Source: the human T2T-CHM13v2.0 reference genome, Homo sapiens
Assembly: GCF_009914755.1 (NCBI RefSeq)
Contig: NC_060927.1
Strand: one strand, 5' to 3'
Length of the DNA stretch: 64,000 nt
This document shows positions 59,041-64,000 of this stretch, in pieces; the first letter of the stretch is position 1, and the number at the start of each line of letters is the position of its first letter. Both the position numbers and the translations under genes were made by a program. A model generated the notes under the pieces. That model was not told the origin of the DNA, did not search any database, and saw nothing but the letters and a program-made list of their open reading frames with translations.

Positions 59041-61199
59041 AGCTCCAGATCAACTCCAAGAACAAACTAGGAATCCTGAGAGGATTCACAGACCCTCTGA
59101 AGGAAGCAGACTGCTCCTGCAGGACCTAGGAGACACCCCAAATGCTCCAGCTGCAGCAAGATCTGCCCAAGGAGAGTCTGAGCTCTGGCACACCTAGCTC
59201 TGCCCCCACCTGATGGTTCTTTCCTACCCACCCTGGTAGCGGAAGACAAAGGACGTATAATCTTGGGAGTTCTAAGGCCTCACACACCGCTAGTCCCTCT
59301 CCATGCTACCATAGCTGATGGTCTTTGGAAAACACCACCTCCCGGAAGGAGGCCAACCAGCACAAAAATAGAGCATTAAACCACCAAAGAACCCTTATGG
59401 AGTCCATTGCAACCCCCGCCCCACCACCTCCACCAGAACAGGCACTGGCACCCACGGTTGAGAGACCCATAGATGGTTCACATCACAGGACTCTGTGCAG
59501 AAAACCCTCAGTACCATCCTGGAGCTGGGTAGACTTGCTGGGTGGCTAGATCCAGAAGAGACACAACAATCACTGAGGTTCAGTTCACAGGAGGCCACAT
59601 CCATAGGAAAAGGGTAAGAGTACTACATCAAGGGAACACCCCATGGGACAAAAGAATCTCAACAACAGCCTTTAGCCCTAGATATTCCCTCTGACAGAGC
59701 CTACCCAAATAAGAAGGAACCAGAAAACCAGCCCTGGTAATATGACAAAACAAGGCTCTGTAACACCCCCCAAAAATCACACTTGTTCACCAGCAATGGA
59801 GCCAAACCAAGAAGAAATCCCTGATTTACCTGAAAAAGAATTCAGGAGGTTAGTTACTTAGCTAATCAGGGAGGAACCAGAGAAAGGTGAAGCCCAGTGC
59901 AAGGAAATCCAAAACACAATACAAGAAGTGAAGGGAGAAATATTCAGGGAAATAGATAGTTTAAAGTAAAAACAATAAAAAATTCAGGTAACATTGGACA
60001 CACTTATAGAAATGCAAAATGCTCTGGAAAGTCTCAGCAATAGAATTGAACAAGTAGAGCTCAAAGACGAGGTCTTTGAATTAACCCACTCGAACAAAGA
60101 CAAAGAAAAAGGAACAAGAAAATATGAACAAAGCCTCCAAGAAGTCTGGGATTATGTTAAACAACCCAATACCAAGAATAATTGGTATTCCTGAGGAAGA
60201 AGAGAATTCTAAAAGCTTGGAAAACATATTTGGGGGAATAATTGAGGAACAATTCCTAGCCTTGCTAGAGACCTAGACATGAAAATACAAGAAGCACAAA
60301 GAACACCTGGGAAATTCATTGCAAAAAGATCATCACCTAGGCACATTGTCATCTGTTATCCAAAGTTAAGATGAAGGAAAGAATCTTAAGAGCTGTGAGG
60401 CAGAAGCACCAGGTAACCTATAAAGGAAAACCTATCAGATTAATAGCAGATTTCTCAGCAGAAACCCTACAAGCTAGAAGGGATTGGAGCCCTATCTTCA
60501 GCCTCCTCAAACTAAACAATTATCAGCCAAGAACTTTGTATCCAACAAAACTAAGCATCATATATGAAGGAAAGATACAATCTTTTTCAGACAAACAAAT
60601 GCTAAGAGAATTCACCACTACCAAGCCACCACTACAGGAACTGCTAAAAGGAGCTCTAAATCTTGAAACAAATCCTGGAAACACATCAAAACAGCACCTA
60701 CTTAAAGCATATATCAAACCCTCTAAAACAAAAATACAAGTTAAAAAGCAAAACCAAAAAACAAAAAAAAAACAAAAGTACACAGGAAACAAATAGCACA
60801 ATGAATGCAACAGCACCTCACATTTCAATACTATCATTGAATGTAAATGGCCTAAATGCTCTGCTTAAAACATACAGAACCACAGAATGGATCAGAACTC
60901 ACCAACCATCTGCTGTCTTCAGGAGATTCACCTAACACATAAGGACTCACAAAAGTTTAAAGTAAAGGGGTGGAAAAAGGCATTTCATGCAAATGGACAC
61001 CAAAAGTGAGCAAGGTAGCTATTCTTATATCAGACAAAAAAAACTTTAAAGCAACAGCAGTTAAAAGAAACAAAGAGGGACATTATAAAATGGTAAAAGG
61101 CCTTGTCCAACAGGAAAATATCACAATCCTAAATATATATGCACCTAAAACTGGAGCTTCCAAATTTATAAAACACTAATAGACCTAAGAAATGAGAAT

Positions 61200-61523
<324 letters not shown>

Positions 61524-63381
61524 TCAGTACTCCACTGACACAATTAGACAGGTTATCAAGACAGAAAGTCAACAGAGAAACAATGGATTTAACTAAATAC
61601 CTTGAAACAAATGGACTTAACAGATATATACAGAACATTTCATCCAACAACCGCAAAACATACATTCTATTCAACAGTGCATGGAACTTTCTCCAAGATA
61701 GACCATATGATAGGCCATAAAATGAGCCTCAATAAATGTTTAAAAATTGAAATTATATCAAGCACTCTCTTAGACCACAGTGGACTAAAAGTGGAAATCA
61801 ACTGCAAAAGGAACCTTCAAAACCATGCAAATACATGGAAATTAAATAACCTGCTCCTGAATGAGCAATGGGTCAGAAACACAATCAAGATGGAAATTTA
61901 AAAATTCTTTGAATTGAATGACAATAATGACACAACCTATCAAAAGGTCTGGGATACAGCAAAAGCATTGCTAAGAGGAATGTTCATAGCCCTAAACAAC
62001 TACATCGAAAAGACTGAAAGAGCACAAACTGACATTCTAAGGTCACACCTCAAGGAACTATAGAAACAAGAACAAACCAAACTCAAACCCAGCAGAAGAA
62101 AGGAAATAACCAAGATCAAAGCAGAATTAAATGAAATTGAAACAAAAAATATACAAAAGATACATGAAACAAAAAGCTAATTCTTTGAAAATATAAATAA
62201 AATTGATAGACCATTATCAAGATTAATCAAGAAAAGAGAGAAAATCCAAATAACCTCACTAAGAAACAAAACAGGAGATATTACAACTGACACTATGGAA
62301 ATACAAAACATCATTCAGGTAACTATGAACACCTTTATGAATATAAACTAGAAAACCTAGAAGAGATGGATAAATTCCTAGAAAAATACAACCTCCTAGC
62401 TTAAATCAGGAAGAATTAGTTACCCTGAACAGACCTATAACAAGCAGTGAGACTGAAATGGTAACTTAAAAATTACCAACAAAAAAAGGTCCAGGACCAG
62501 AGGGATTCACAGCAGAATTCTACCACACATTCAAAGAATTGGTACCAATCCTTCTGACACTATTCCATAAGATAGAGAAAGAGGGAACCCTCCCTAATTC
62601 ATTCTATGACGCCAGCATCGCCCTAATACCAAAACCAGGATAGGACATAATCAAAAAAGAAAACTATAGACTGAAATCCTTGATGAATATAGATGGTAAA
62701 ATCCTTAACAAAATACTAGCTAACAAAATCCAACAATATATCAAAAAGACAGTCCACGATAATCAAGTGGATTTCATACCAGGGATACAGGGATGGTTTA
62801 AAATACACAAGTCAATAAATGTGATATACCACATAAACAGAATTAAAAACTAAAATCAAATGATCATCACAATATATGCAGAAAAAGCATTCAACAAAAT
62901 CCAGCATCCCTTTATGATTAAAACTCTCAGCAAAATTGGCATACAAGGGACATACCTCAATGTAATAAAAGCCATCTATGATAAACCCATAGAAAACATA
63001 ATACTGAGTGGGGAAAAGTTGAAAGCATTCTCTCTGAGAACTGGAACAAGACAAGGATGCCCACTCTCACCACTACTCTTCAACATAGTACTGGAAGTCC
63101 TAGCCAGAGCAGTCAGGCAAGAGAAGGAAATAAAGGGCATCCAAATCAGTAAAGAAGAAGTCAAACTGTCACCGTTTGCTGTCAATATGATCATTTACCT
63201 TGAAAACCCTAAAGACTCCTCCAGAAAGCTCCTAGAACTGATAAAAGCATTCAGCAAATTTTCTAGATACAAGATTAATGTACACAAATCAGCAGCTCTT
63301 CTATACACCAACAGCAACCAAGTGGAGAATCCAATCAAGAACTCAATTCTTTTCACAATAGCTGCAAAAAGTACAAATACT

Positions 63382-63729
<348 letters not shown>

Positions 63730-64000
63730 TTAGGAATATACCTAACCAAGAAGTTGAAAGACCTCTACAAGGAAAACTACAAAACACTGCTGGAAGAAAT
63801 CATAGATGACACAAACAAATGGAAACACATCCCATGCTCAGGGATGAGTAGAATCAATATTGTGAAAATGACCATACTTCCAAAAACAGTCTACAAATTC
63901 AATGCAATCCCCATCAAAATACCACCATCATTCTCACAGAATTAGAAAAAACAATTCTAAAATTCATATGCAACCAAAAAGGAGTCTGCATAGCCAAATC

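Overview
Human (primate) genomic DNA, AT-rich and dense in repeats. It holds the 3' end of NEK10 (NIMA-related kinase 10, a ciliary kinase; I recall it lies at chr3p24) on the minus strand. Seven GT-AG exons splice in frame: 51605-51634, 49642-49742, 40041-40151, 27920-28028, 24235-24287, 24100-24155 and a terminal exon starting at 19481. They give ...GPQMGTFLWQASAGIAVSQRKVRQISDPIQQILIQLHKIIYITQLPPALHHNLKRRVIERFKKSLFSQQSNPCNLKSEIKKLSQGSPEPIEPNFFTADYHLLHRSSGGNSLSPNDPTGLPTSIELEEGITYEQMQTVIEEVLEESGYYNFTSNRYHSYPWGTKNHPTKR*. The rest is 3' UTR, introns and downstream flank, with a very young L1HS Ta-1 insertion, older L1s, about a dozen Alu/FLAM elements, MaLR/THE1 LTRs, an ERV-L gag-pro relic, and Tigger, MER5 and MER58 DNA transposons. 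Almost all ORFs in the supplied track are repeat-derived or chance. I found no support for a new multi-gene system. The best leads are: (1) a 252-bp local duplication with a snap-back hairpin at its junction; (2) a 28-bp intronic hairpin that is fully paired only in the NEK10 sense; (3) an L1HS-Ta1 with no target-site duplication and a two-part tail; (4) a 30-nt frame-preserving microexon. Gene and repeat-subfamily names come from recalled sequences, not database searches, and boundaries of old repeats are approximate.
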